Positions 1 through 9,618 of a stretch of DNA of 51,949 nt are shown here, one piece after another. Below the pieces are notes generated by a model. The model worked only from the letters and a program-made list of their open reading frames with translations. It made no database searches and had not been told where the DNA came from. A program made the translations under genes and the position numbers. This stretch comes from Acutalibacteraceae bacterium (lineage in GTDB: Bacteria > Bacillota > Clostridia > Oscillospirales > Acutalibacteraceae). The DNA lies in contig JAZSLH010000049.1 of NCBI GenBank assembly GCA_045535275.1, forward strand, positions 1 through 51,949, given 5' to 3'. Numbering within the stretch: the stretch's first letter is position 1; each line of letters starts with the position of its first letter.

Positions 1-210
1 TGCTTTTTCAAACATATTTGAAACTATCTCGCACATTTTTACACGATGATGCTCATCAGCAAGAAAAGAAGCATGTTTGTGGGGAGGGATTTTTGTCGGT
101 ATGAGAATAACCTTATCAATATAACTTTTATTGCAAAGTGCAGCGACAATCTGTGAGTGACCTTTATGAATTGGATTAAAGGTTCCTCCAAAAACAGCAA
201 TAGTTCCCAT
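1..210 (-). CDS. nadD: Nicotinate-nucleotide adenylyltransferase, N-terminal part (gene runs off the left edge)
   Basis: Reverse-complement translation from ATG at 208-210 gives MGTIAVFGGTFNPIHKGHSQIV..., the GxFxPxHxGH nucleotidyltransferase signature. It lies next to yhbY as in many Firmicutes. Confidence 0.8.
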   Translation of the reverse strand, partial: MGTIAVFGGTFNPIHKGHSQIVAALCNKSYIDKVILIPTKIPPHKHASFLADEHHRVKMCEIVSNMFEKA

Positions 211-212
211 AA

Positions 213-506
213 CTACTTAACAAGGACTATATTTTTGTGCTCATTGCTTTCTTTATAAAGCACAAAACGGTAGCCAATTACCTGAACAACATCTGCTCCA
301 ACCGCGTCAGCAATAGCGTTTGCGGCTTCCCTTGAAGACATTGGCGATGTTTCAAGCACTCGCATTTTTATTAGTTCACGTGCTTCAAGTGCCTCTCCTA
401 CCTGTTTAACTAGTTGGTCATTAATTCCGCCTTTGCCCACCTGAAAAATAGTTTCCAAAGAATTTGCCATACCTCTAAGTTGGGCTCTTTGCCTTGAATT
501 TAACAT
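213..506 (-). CDS. yhbY: YhbY/CRS1-type RNA-binding ribosome-assembly protein
   Basis: 97-aa ORF with LRGMANSLETIFQVGKGGIND...ELIKMRVLE, typical of the YhbY (B. subtilis YqeI) family. Confidence 0.75.
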   Translation of the reverse strand: MLNSRQRAQLRGMANSLETIFQVGKGGINDQLVKQVGEALEARELIKMRVLETSPMSSREAANAIADAVGADVVQVIGYRFVLYKESNEHKNIVLVK

Positions 507-509
507 AAA

Positions 510-1106
510 TCAATCCTCTTTCATATATTCACAAAGCACCTTGGAAAAGTTTACAAGCGCTCTTCCGCGATGGCTTATCGAATCTTTTTCCTCATCTGAA
601 ATGCAACCGAAACAACCAACAGGTGAAACAAAAAGCGGGTCGTAACCAAACCCTTTATTTCCACATTTCTCCTCAGCAATATATCCGCTGCACTCACCTT
701 TGGCACTTAATTTGCTGCCGTCAGGGAATACGCAAACGATACTGCAAACAAACTTTGCGGTTCTGTTTTCCTGCTTTACGCCTTTTAAAAGGTCGAGTAG
801 TTTTTGATTGTTCTTATCGTTATCAACAGGTTCCCCGGCAAATCTTGCTGAATAAATTCCTGGTGCTCCGTCAAGATAATCTACGCAAAGTCCTGAATCA
901 TCTGCAATAGACGGAAGGCCGGTTGCTTTCATTGCCGCATTTGCCTTTAAAAAAGCGTTTTCCTCAAAGGTAGCACCAGTTTCTTCTGTTTCTTTCAATG
1001 AGAAATCTAAATCTGATTCACAGATTACATCAAAGTTCAAATCACTTAGTATTCTCTTAAATTCAACCAACTTATGCTTGTTTTTAGTAGCAAGAAAAAA
1101 CTGCAT
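510..1106 (-). CDS. rdgB: dITP/XTP pyrophosphatase (Ham1/RdgB family)
   Basis: 198 aa with ATKNKHKLVEFKRIL, SGLCVDYLDGAPGIYSARF and GFGYDPLF motifs of non-canonical NTP pyrophosphatases. Confidence 0.85.
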   Translation of the reverse strand: MQFFLATKNKHKLVEFKRILSDLNFDVICESDLDFSLKETEETGATFEENAFLKANAAMKATGLPSIADDSGLCVDYLDGAPGIYSARFAGEPVDNDKNNQKLLDLLKGVKQENRTAKFVCSIVCVFPDGSKLSAKGECSGYIAEEKCGNKGFGYDPLFVSPVGCFGCISDEEKDSISHRGRALVNFSKVLCEYMKED

Positions 1107-1118
1107 TTTTACCTCCGA

Positions 1119-2027
1119 TTAAGCCTCAAACAAGGCATCAACAAATGTTTTATTGTCAAACGGCTGTAGGTCATCTATCTGCTCTCCGACACCAACGAAT
1201 TTAACAGGAATATTAAGGTCGTTTCCTATAGAAATAACAACTCCGCCTTTTGCTGTGCCGTCAAGTTTTGTTAAAACAATTCCCGTAATGTCCGTAACGG
1301 ATTTAAACTCTCTTGCCTGATTAACAGCATTCTGACCAGTTGTTGCATCAAGGACAAGAAGAGCCTCAACACTTGCGTTTGGAAGTTCTCTGCTAATTAC
1401 TCGATACATTTTAGCAAGTTCATCCATTAGATTTTTCTTGTTATGCAGTCGTCCTGCCGTGTCGCATATCAGAACATCGATTTTCTTTGCTTTAGCCGAT
1501 GCAATTGCGTCAAAAATTACTGCGGCAGGGTCAGTTCCCGGTACATTCTTAACGATTTGTACATCTGCTCGATTGGCCCAAAGTGCAAGTTGGTCAATTG
1601 CTGCGGCTCTGAAAGTATCTGCGGCAGCCAACATTACATTTTTGCCTTCTGCTTTTAACTGTGAAGCAAGTTTTCCGATTGTTGTTGTTTTTCCTACGCC
1701 ATTGACCCCTATTACCATAATAACTGACGGCTTGGAATCAAGATGAAGTTTTGTGTCGCCTTCGGTCATCTCATAGAGAATTTCTTTTAGCAGAACTGTC
1801 ACTTCTACGGGGTCAGTAATGCGGTTTTCCTTAATTCTCTTACGCAGACTGTCGCAAATATCATTAGCCGTATTAACTCCAATGTCAGACATAATAAGAA
1901 TTTCTTCTAGTTCTTCTATCAACTCTTCATCAATTTTTGTAAAAGAACTAATTACAGAGTTAACCGAATCGACAAATGCGTTTCGGGTTTTACTAAGTCC
2001 TTTTTTAATTTTATCAAAAAAAGCCAT
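1119..2027 (-). CDS. ftsY: Signal recognition particle receptor FtsY
   Basis: SRP-GTPase NG domain: GVNGVGKTTTIGKLA, DTAGR, TKLDGTAKGG. Sits downstream of smc as in the rnc-smc-ftsY cluster. Confidence 0.9.
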   Translation of the reverse strand: MAFFDKIKKGLSKTRNAFVDSVNSVISSFTKIDEELIEELEEILIMSDIGVNTANDICDSLRKRIKENRITDPVEVTVLLKEILYEMTEGDTKLHLDSKPSVIMVIGVNGVGKTTTIGKLASQLKAEGKNVMLAAADTFRAAAIDQLALWANRADVQIVKNVPGTDPAAVIFDAIASAKAKKIDVLICDTAGRLHNKKNLMDELAKMYRVISRELPNASVEALLVLDATTGQNAVNQAREFKSVTDITGIVLTKLDGTAKGGVVISIGNDLNIPVKFVGVGEQIDDLQPFDNKTFVDALFEA

Positions 2028-2050
2028 TATAATCTCCCAAATTCAGGTTT

Positions 2051-5000
2051 TTAAACCTGTTTAAGTTGTTTTTCAAGTTCAGCAACATTGAGTTCAAGAA
2101 GTTTTGAAATACCTTTTTCTTGCATTGTTACACCGTAAAGCATATCAGCCGCTTCCATTGTTCCGCGTCTATGTGTAATACAAATAAACTGCGTTGCAAA
2201 TTCAGATTTGCTCATATAATCAGCAAAACGGTCAACATTTATATCATCAAGAGCGGTATCAACTTCGTCAAGGAAGCAGAACGGAGGTGCATTTACACGC
2301 ATAATTGCAAAGTATATTGCAAGGGCAATAAGTGCCTTTTCTCCGCCTGAAAGACCGTCAAGACTTGGAACGTTTTTGCCCGGAAGTTTTGCAACAATAT
2401 CAATACCGCTTTCAAGGATGTTATCAGGGTCGGTAAGAACAAGTTTTGCCGTACCGCCACCAAAAAGGTCAGTAAAGGTTTTAGCAAAATTTTCACCTAT
2501 TTTATTAAATCCGATAATAAAGAGTTCCTTCATTTGCTCGGTAAGTTGGCCGATTAACTTATGAAGTTCATCTCTTGCCTTTTCAACATCCGCGATTTGC
2601 TCTTTCATAAAGGTGTATCGTTCATTAACTTCCTTATACTCCTCTATCGCAGAAACGTTAACATTACCAAGTGAACGGATTTTTGATTTGATTTCCTGAA
2701 GACTTTTCTTTGCTTCCGCAGGGTTTTCAATTTTTATTCCTGTTACCTCTGCTTCTGTTTTTGTAAGTTGATATTCGTCAAAGAGTTGTTTAATAACATC
2801 ATCACACTCTTTGACCATATTGTCTCTTCGTTCGGAAAGTCGGGCAAGTTCTCCGCTTAACTTTTCTCTTTCAAGAGTGAGTGATTTTTCATTTGAGCGA
2901 AGTTCAACCGAAGATTTTTCTATTTCATCTCGTCTTTCTTGGTATGATAAAATATCCTTTTCAAAATCTTCACAAGCCAAACGCATTGAAACAATATTTG
3001 CATTAAGTTCTTCAATATTTGCTCTAATTTCGTTGTTTTTAACGCCGAACTCGTCAATTTGACTGTTAATTTCTGCAATTCTTATCAGTCGGTTGCTGTC
3101 ATTAAGTTCAAGAGCAGAAGCGGTGGCAAGTAGCCCCTCAATATCCTTTTTAATTTCAATAATCTTAAGTTTAATTTCAGTAATTTCGCTTGTAATTTTT
3201 TCGCGGTCGGCAGAAAGATTATCTCTTCCGCCGGTCAGAATCGAAATTTTATCTTCTAGTTCAGATTTTTCAGATTCAAGTTTACTAATCTTACCATTTG
3301 AACTTTCAATTAAATTATTAAGTGCTTCGATTTTTTCTTCTGATAACTTAATTTCTGCATTATAATCAGAAATTTGTTTTTCACAAGAAGCTCGAAGTTC
3401 ACCAATACGCTTAAGTTCGCCGAGTGCTCTGATTTTATCTTCACCGAGATTTTTAAGCAAATCTTGGACCGATTTAATTTCACCGTCACATTTTGAGAGT
3501 TCTGACAGTGAAGAATTATAATCAGTCAAATAAGTCTTTTCTTTTTCAATAAGTTTACTGACATCAGCCTTTAACTTATCAATATCGGCACTTCTAGACA
3601 GCAAACCGGCATTCTTAATAAGAGAACCGCCTGTAATAGAGCCACCGGCATTTATTACCTGACCGTCTAGAGAGACAACCTTAAAACGATATTTGAACTT
3701 TTTAGAAATTGCAATTGCACTTTCTATATCTTCAACTACAATTGTTCCCCCAAGAAGATTTTTCACTATCTCAGAATACTTGGCATCGAAGTCAACAAGG
3801 TCACTTGCAACACCGACATAACCAAATTCGTCTTCGAGTCCTGCATCTTTGAATTCACGGGATTTAACCGATGAAACGGGCATAAAGGTTGCACGACCTG
3901 AACCGGTCTTTTTAAGCATATCGATAGCATATTTTGCAGTTGATTCATTATCAACGACGATATTTTGTGCCGAATTCCCGAGTGCCGTTTCAATAGCAAC
4001 CGAGTATTTCTTATCAACAGTTAACAGACGAAGAAGAGGTCCGCAAACACCCCTAATTTTACCGTTATCACTTTCTTTCATTACGGCTTTAACCGAGTGA
4101 TTAAAACCTTCCATATTCTTTTCAAGGTCCTCAAGTATTTGAATTTTGCGTTTTTTTGTTTCAATATCAAGACGTATATCATCAAGTTTCTGCTTTGCTG
4201 AATCAGAAGATGATTTTTTGTTGTCAAAACGCAGAGAATAGCCTTTTAATGCGTTCTGGTTTGAGGTAATATCTTCATCAATTTTGTCAAGTAACTCTTC
4301 TACAGCAACAAATTCTTTATTTAAAACATTAAACTCACTAGAACGCTCTTGTAGAAGTTCGTCTACTACTTTTCTTCTGGTTCCTAATTCTTCAATAGAG
4401 GCGCTTGAAGACATAAGTTCAACTCTTGTATCAGAAATTTGATTGGTAAGCAGATTAAGAGACATGATATCGCTCTCAATTTTCCTTGATATATCGTCAC
4501 TGCTTAACAGTAGTTCTGAAAGTTTGTTTTCTGTGGTTGAAAGGAGGTTATCGAGGCTTTCAATTTCAATGTTTTTCTTTTCTGCCTCGTTTCGTTTATC
4601 AGAAATTTCTTTTGCACTTGATTCACTTGATGAATTTATTTCTTTTATTTCTGAAGACAATCGTTTTATTGACTCTTCGTTGTGAAGAATATCGTTATTT
4701 AAAACGGAAATGTCTCCAAGAATTTTGGCTACATTCTCGTTATATTCAGCAATTCTTCTGCGACGTTCGTCAATTTCAGCAGAAAATCTTGCGAAATCGG
4801 CAGAATTCTTCTCTGACTGCTCATCAAAACCTAATAATTTGGCTTCTATTTCTTTATAATGAGCCTGAGTAATAGCAATCTTGTCATCTTGATTTAATAG
4901 ATTGTTTTTTGAACTTTCCAGAATATTTAGCCAAAGGCCGATTTCAAGTTCCTTCTTAGAGGCTGCAAGGGCTAAAAACTTTTCAGCCTTTTTGCTTTGC

Positions 5001-5620
5001 TCTGAGAGGGGTCCTATTCTGTCTTCAAGTTCTTTCATAATATCGAGCAAACGAAGAAGATTATCCTCTGCGGCAGCAAGTTTTCTTTCTGCGTCGGTTT
5101 TGCGATAACGATAACGCGAGATTCCTGACGCTTCTTCGAAAATATCTCTTCTTTCTTGAGATTTAGAACTAATTATGCTATCGATTTTGCCTTGTCCAAT
5201 CATTGAATAGCCGTCTCTTCCAAGACCTGTATCCATAAACAGTTCGTGAACATCACGAAGACGGACGACGTTTCCGTTAATAAGATATTCGCTTTCATGG
5301 GAACGATAGTATCTACGGGTAACAGAAACAAAATCATTATCAAAATTAAGTTCCCTGTCGGCATTATCAATATTTAAGGTAACCTCGCAAAAACCGTGAG
5401 GTTTACGGTCTGCTGTTCCACTGAAAATAACATCTTCCATTGACTGTCCGCGAAGACTTTTAGTTGACTGTTCGCCGAGCACCCATCTGACAGCGTCAGA
5501 AATATTACTTTTTCCGCTTCCGTTAGGGCCAACAACTGCAGTAACTCCCCTACCAAATTTTAAAACAGTTTTATCGGCAAAGGATTTAAAGCCCTGCACC
5601 TGAATAGATGTTAACAGCAT
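2051..5620 (-). CDS. smc: Chromosome segregation protein SMC
   Basis: 1189 aa with N-terminal Walker A GPNGSGKSN, long coiled coils, a hinge, C-terminal LSGGEKAL signature and Walker B FCFLDEVD. Confidence 0.95.
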   Translation of the reverse strand: MLLTSIQVQGFKSFADKTVLKFGRGVTAVVGPNGSGKSNISDAVRWVLGEQSTKSLRGQSMEDVIFSGTADRKPHGFCEVTLNIDNADRELNFDNDFVSVTRRYYRSHESEYLINGNVVRLRDVHELFMDTGLGRDGYSMIGQGKIDSIISSKSQERRDIFEEASGISRYRYRKTDAERKLAAAEDNLLRLLDIMKELEDRIGPLSEQSKKAEKFLALAASKKELEIGLWLNILESSKNNLLNQDDKIAITQAHYKEIEAKLLGFDEQSEKNSADFARFSAEIDERRRRIAEYNENVAKILGDISVLNNDILHNEESIKRLSSEIKEINSSSESSAKEISDKRNEAEKKNIEIESLDNLLSTTENKLSELLLSSDDISRKIESDIMSLNLLTNQISDTRVELMSSSASIEELGTRRKVVDELLQERSSEFNVLNKEFVAVEELLDKIDEDITSNQNALKGYSLRFDNKKSSSDSAKQKLDDIRLDIETKKRKIQILEDLEKNMEGFNHSVKAVMKESDNGKIRGVCGPLLRLLTVDKKYSVAIETALGNSAQNIVVDNESTAKYAIDMLKKTGSGRATFMPVSSVKSREFKDAGLEDEFGYVGVASDLVDFDAKYSEIVKNLLGGTIVVEDIESAIAISKKFKYRFKVVSLDGQVINAGGSITGGSLIKNAGLLSRSADIDKLKADVSKLIEKEKTYLTDYNSSLSELSKCDGEIKSVQDLLKNLGEDKIRALGELKRIGELRASCEKQISDYNAEIKLSEEKIEALNNLIESSNGKISKLESEKSELEDKISILTGGRDNLSADREKITSEITEIKLKIIEIKKDIEGLLATASALELNDSNRLIRIAEINSQIDEFGVKNNEIRANIEELNANIVSMRLACEDFEKDILSYQERRDEIEKSSVELRSNEKSLTLEREKLSGELARLSERRDNMVKECDDVIKQLFDEYQLTKTEAEVTGIKIENPAEAKKSLQEIKSKIRSLGNVNVSAIEEYKEVNERYTFMKEQIADVEKARDELHKLIGQLTEQMKELFIIGFNKIGENFAKTFTDLFGGGTAKLVLTDPDNILESGIDIVAKLPGKNVPSLDGLSGGEKALIALAIYFAIMRVNAPPFCFLDEVDTALDDINVDRFADYMSKSEFATQFICITHRRGTMEAADMLYGVTMQEKGISKLLELNVAELEKQLKQV

Positions 5621-5622
5621 AA

Positions 5623-6612
5623 TTATTTCACTTCCTTAATAATAAATTCGTATGAATTTAACTTTTCATCAGGTAAAATTCTAATATTTATACCTTTATT
5701 TTTAAAATAATTTACAATTGATTTTTTTTGACCTGTTGCCTTTGAAATATCGTTTTTAGCAACAAAAACTTCATATATCCCAGGTTGTTTTATCCTTAAA
5801 TCTAAATTATCTCTATATCGTTTGTTGTCACACAGTTCTTTAAATGCGGGATGCCACGGACCCGCAAGATAAGCGTCATTTTCAATGCTGTGAAGACCAA
5901 GCCGTATAACCTTAATATCCGCTTTTTCAAACATTTCACAAATATTAGCACAAACATCAACGGCATCGTCAAGATTTTGCGGCTTATAAGTACCGTTTAA
6001 GTAAAGATTACCAAGAGCGGTGTTTTTTAGGATAATCGTAGGATAAATTCGTACAGTATCAGGCTTGATTTCAATGATTTTTTCTGCTGTATTCTTGTCG
6101 GTTTCAGCATCACTTCCGTATAAACCTGTCATCATTTGAAGACCAAGTTCAAAACCAAACTCTTTAATCAAAGAAGAAGCCTTTATAACATCTTGTGAAG
6201 TATGACCTCTTTGATTAAGGGTCAAAACCGAGTCGCTCATACTTTGAGCACCAAGTTCAATGGCTGAAACCTTATATAATTTAAGTAAAGAAAGAATTTC
6301 TCTGTTTATATAGTCTGGTCTGGTAGAAATTCTTATACCTGAAACAACCCCACTTTCTACATACTTATAAGCAGCAGAAAGCATCTGTATCATATAATCT
6401 CTATCAATAGCGGTAAAACTTCCTCCAAAAAATGCAATTTCCGTACTTTTACTGTCATAATTTGGAGAGGATACAGCAGTTTTAACCGCCAAATCAACAT
6501 CTTCTGCAATTGGGTTAATGGTTTGCCCGGTTATATGTTTTTGATTGCAAAAAGAACATTGATGAGGACATCCCAAATGAGGAATAAATATTGAAATGTT
6601 TGAGTGACTCAT
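5623..6612 (-). CDS. Radical SAM protein (ELP3-like fold, function unknown)
   Basis: N-terminal CPHQCSFCNQ (CxxxCxxC) radical-SAM cluster motif. Overlaps the rnc stop by 4 nt. Confidence 0.7.
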   Translation of the reverse strand: MSHSNISIFIPHLGCPHQCSFCNQKHITGQTINPIAEDVDLAVKTAVSSPNYDSKSTEIAFFGGSFTAIDRDYMIQMLSAAYKYVESGVVSGIRISTRPDYINREILSLLKLYKVSAIELGAQSMSDSVLTLNQRGHTSQDVIKASSLIKEFGFELGLQMMTGLYGSDAETDKNTAEKIIEIKPDTVRIYPTIILKNTALGNLYLNGTYKPQNLDDAVDVCANICEMFEKADIKVIRLGLHSIENDAYLAGPWHPAFKELCDNKRYRDNLDLRIKQPGIYEVFVAKNDISKATGQKKSIVNYFKNKGINIRILPDEKLNSYEFIIKEVK

Positions 6613-7289
6613 TCTTCCATTCCTAAAAGTTTAAGTGCCTGTCTGGCTGCTGCCTGTTCGGCCTGTTTTTTACTTGTTCCGACTCCCTGACCTATTACAT
6701 TTGAATTAAGATGAACTTCTACCGTAAATCTTTTATCGTGGTCTGGGCCTGACTCATTGGTTAAAACATAGCAAAGTTTTTCTTCGGGATTTCGCTGAAT
6801 AACCTCCTGAAGAAGAGTTTTATAATCATTGAAATGCTCAAAATCTCGGTCCTGAAGTTCAGGAAGAACAAATCTCAGAACGTGTTTCTTTGCTGCCTGA
6901 GTTCCCCCGTCAAGATAAATTGCGGCAAGAACGGCTTCAAAAGCGTCGGCAAGAATTGATGCTCTCTCATTTCCGTGATTAAGCATTTCGCCTTTTCCAA
7001 GGAAAAGAAACTCTCCTAATTTTATCTGTCTAGCAAACACACTTAAAGATTTTTCACAAACGAGCGAGGCTCGAAGTTTTGTAAGTTCGCCTTCAGGAAG
7101 ATTTTTGAAATTTGAGTAAAGGTATTCTGAAACAATAATTGAAAGTACTGAATCTCCCAAAAACTCAAGTCTTTCATTTGAACCGTAGGCTGAATGAACC
7201 TCGTTAGCGTATGATGAGTGAGTCAGTGCATTTTCAAGAAGTTTTTTATTTTTAAATTCGTAACCGAGTATTTCTTCAAACTCTAACAT
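6609..7289 (-). CDS. rnc: Ribonuclease III
   Basis: NERLEFLGDSVL catalytic signature plus a C-terminal dsRBD (GPDHDKRF...GTSKKQAEQAAA). Confidence 0.9.
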   Translation of the reverse strand: MLEFEEILGYEFKNKKLLENALTHSSYANEVHSAYGSNERLEFLGDSVLSIIVSEYLYSNFKNLPEGELTKLRASLVCEKSLSVFARQIKLGEFLFLGKGEMLNHGNERASILADAFEAVLAAIYLDGGTQAAKKHVLRFVLPELQDRDFEHFNDYKTLLQEVIQRNPEEKLCYVLTNESGPDHDKRFTVEVHLNSNVIGQGVGTSKKQAEQAAARQALKLLGMEE

Positions 7290-8288
7290 CTAATCGTTTT
7301 CCTTTTCTGCAAAACTGTTTTCAATTGTACTGATAACATCGTTTTGAGCAAATAACATTGCCTTGTGAATTGCATTTTTAAATGCAAACGCATCTGAATT
7401 ACCATGTGCCTTAAAGACCGGCTTTCTTGTTCCTAAAAGCGGTGCTCCTCCGACTTCAGAGGCGTTCATTTTGTTCTTAACACCGCGAAGACCCTTTTTA
7501 AGGAATATGTAAGAAAGTTTTGTGAGCATATTGCTTAAAAAAACAGGTTTTAACATTGAAAAGAGCGCCAAAGCAGTCCCTTCAATAAGTTTAAGAGCAA
7601 TATTTCCGGTATATCCATCGGTAATTACTGCATCACAAACTCCATAAGGCAGTTCGCGTGATTCAACATTTCCAATGAAATTAAGACCGCTGTCCTTAAA
7701 CAGTTTATAAGCCTCTTGCTGCAACTGAGTGCCTTTTGTTTCTTCAGCACCAATATTTAAAAGACCTATTGTTGGATTGTTTATTCCCTCAACTTTTTCA
7801 AGATAAGCACTTGCCATTACACCGAACTGGAGCAACATTTCAGGTCTGCACTCTGAATTAGCACCAATATCCATCATCATAAAATGGGAGGCCGGAGAAG
7901 GTATCATAGCGGCAAGAGCAGGACGTTTAACCCTCTTAATCCTCTTAACTATAAAGGTTCCCCCAACAACGACCGCACCCGTACTTCCTGCAGATACAAA
8001 GGCATCGGCATTTCCTGCACTTAATTCATTAAAAGCAACAGCCATTGAGGAATTCTTTTTAGCCTTTAAAAGAGAGGTTGGCTCGTCTTCCATAGAGATA
8101 ACATCAGGAGCATGAACTATTTTTAAATCAGTAAAACAGATGTTATTATCTTCAATACATTGTTTAATTATTTCTTCGTTTCCGCAAAGAATAATTTGAA
8201 CACCATATTCTTTTTCTGCGAGGGCGCAGCCCTTAATAATTTCAAGGGGTGCATTATCTCCGCCGAAGGCATCAACAACAATTCTCAT
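7290..8288 (-). CDS. plsX: Phosphate acyltransferase PlsX
   Basis: MRIVVDAFGGDNAP N-terminus and overall PlsX-like sequence. Its stop codon directly abuts the rnc ATG. Confidence 0.9.
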   Translation of the reverse strand: MRIVVDAFGGDNAPLEIIKGCALAEKEYGVQIILCGNEEIIKQCIEDNNICFTDLKIVHAPDVISMEDEPTSLLKAKKNSSMAVAFNELSAGNADAFVSAGSTGAVVVGGTFIVKRIKRVKRPALAAMIPSPASHFMMMDIGANSECRPEMLLQFGVMASAYLEKVEGINNPTIGLLNIGAEETKGTQLQQEAYKLFKDSGLNFIGNVESRELPYGVCDAVITDGYTGNIALKLIEGTALALFSMLKPVFLSNMLTKLSYIFLKKGLRGVKNKMNASEVGGAPLLGTRKPVFKAHGNSDAFAFKNAIHKAMLFAQNDVISTIENSFAEKEND

Positions 8289-8298
8289 AATATTCTCC

Positions 8299-9612
8299 TT
8301 AATTGTTATTCTGTTTAAAATTTTGATTATACCAATCTATTGACCTGTTTGACAGTGAAGAATATCTCTCTGCTTTGATTTTAATTCTTTCATTAGCGGG
8401 GTCTACAATACCAAAATTAGCCCCCATTGGTTGAAAATCTACGGTATTGCTGTTAGTAACATGGTTTAAAAGTGCACCAATCATAGTAATTGTTGGCAGA
8501 TTTATGGGGTCTTGTCCATTTATAAATCTAATCATATTTTCACCGGCAATTATCCCGCAAGCAGCCGATTCCATATAACCCTCTACCCCGGTTATTTGTC
8601 CGGCAAAGAAGACATTTGGATTTGTCTTCAAGGACAAGTTCTTATTTAGTAGTTTTGGCGAATCAATAAAAGAATTCCTATGCATAACGCCGTACCTAAC
8701 AAATTCAGCATTAGCAAGACCGGGTATAAGTGAAAAAACTCTCTTTTGTTCTTGAAACTTAAGATTAGTTTGAAAGCCAACTAAATTATATAAAGAACAT
8801 TCGCGGTTTTCACTTCTGAGTTGAACAACAGCCCAAGGACGACAATTTGTTCTTGGGTCACGAAGACCTACAGGCTTTAGAGGACCGAAACGAATTGAAT
8901 CTTCTCCGCGTTTTGCCAAAACCTCAATAGGCATACAACCCTCATAAACATTAATTCGCTTATCGAAAGCGTGAATTTCGGCAGTTTGAGCAGAAACCAG
9001 TTCATTATAAAACAATTCGTACTCTTCTTTACTCATAGGACAGTTGATATAATCTGCATCGCCTTTATCATATCGGGAAGCCTTAAAAGCGATTGACATA
9101 TCAATACTTTCTACAGTAATTATTGGCGCTGCAGCGTCATAAAAACTTAAGTTTTCGGTTCCGCATATTTTTTGAATATTTAAGGCAAGGTCATCATCTG
9201 TTAAAGGACCCGTAGCAATAATGCACGGAGAACCTAAGGGGATTTCTGAAATTGTTTCGTTTATTATTTCAATGTTTTCGTTATCAGTCAGTTTTTGAGT
9301 AATATACTGAGAAAAGGCGTTACGGTCAACCGCTAAAGCGCCTCCTGCTGCTACCGAACAATGAGACGCTGCCTCAAGACAGACTGAATTAAAATAACGC
9401 ATTTCCGCCTTAAGAAGACCCGAAGCGGTTGAAAGTCGGTCAGCTTTAAGCGAATTTGAGCAAACCAGTTCTGCGTATGAATCTAATTTATGGGCAGGGC
9501 TTTTTTTGTTAGGCTTCATTTCATAAAGTTTTACTTTAATGCCAGAACTTGCAATACGAAGTGCAGCCTCACAACCTGCTAAACCGGCGCCGATAACTAT
9601 AACTTCACTCAT
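8299..9612 (-). CDS. trmFO: Methylenetetrahydrofolate-tRNA-(uracil-5)-methyltransferase TrmFO
   Basis: FAD-binding VIGAGLAGCEAA, LVCSNS and GQITGVEGYMES motifs. Classic position downstream of topA. Confidence 0.9.
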   Translation of the reverse strand: MSEVIVIGAGLAGCEAALRIASSGIKVKLYEMKPNKKSPAHKLDSYAELVCSNSLKADRLSTASGLLKAEMRYFNSVCLEAASHCSVAAGGALAVDRNAFSQYITQKLTDNENIEIINETISEIPLGSPCIIATGPLTDDDLALNIQKICGTENLSFYDAAAPIITVESIDMSIAFKASRYDKGDADYINCPMSKEEYELFYNELVSAQTAEIHAFDKRINVYEGCMPIEVLAKRGEDSIRFGPLKPVGLRDPRTNCRPWAVVQLRSENRECSLYNLVGFQTNLKFQEQKRVFSLIPGLANAEFVRYGVMHRNSFIDSPKLLNKNLSLKTNPNVFFAGQITGVEGYMESAACGIIAGENMIRFINGQDPINLPTITMIGALLNHVTNSNTVDFQPMGANFGIVDPANERIKIKAERYSSLSNRSIDWYNQNFKQNNN

Positions 9613-9618
9613 TTAATA

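Noticed and set aside
2041-2056. Near-palindrome CAGGTTTTTAAACCTG at the smc stop codon.
   Set aside because: It is AT-rich and only 16 nt, with essentially no loop. It is most likely coincidental.
2120-5556. Many 60-130-aa ORFs on both strands inside smc (for example 2811-3062, 3093-3365, 4486-4872, 4902-5108).
   Set aside because: These are shadow ORFs. The Glu/Lys/Leu/Ser-rich coiled-coil codons (GAA/AAA/TTA...) yield stop-poor antisense and alternative frames. Their products are low-complexity Ser/Leu/Phe strings with no SD or promoter.
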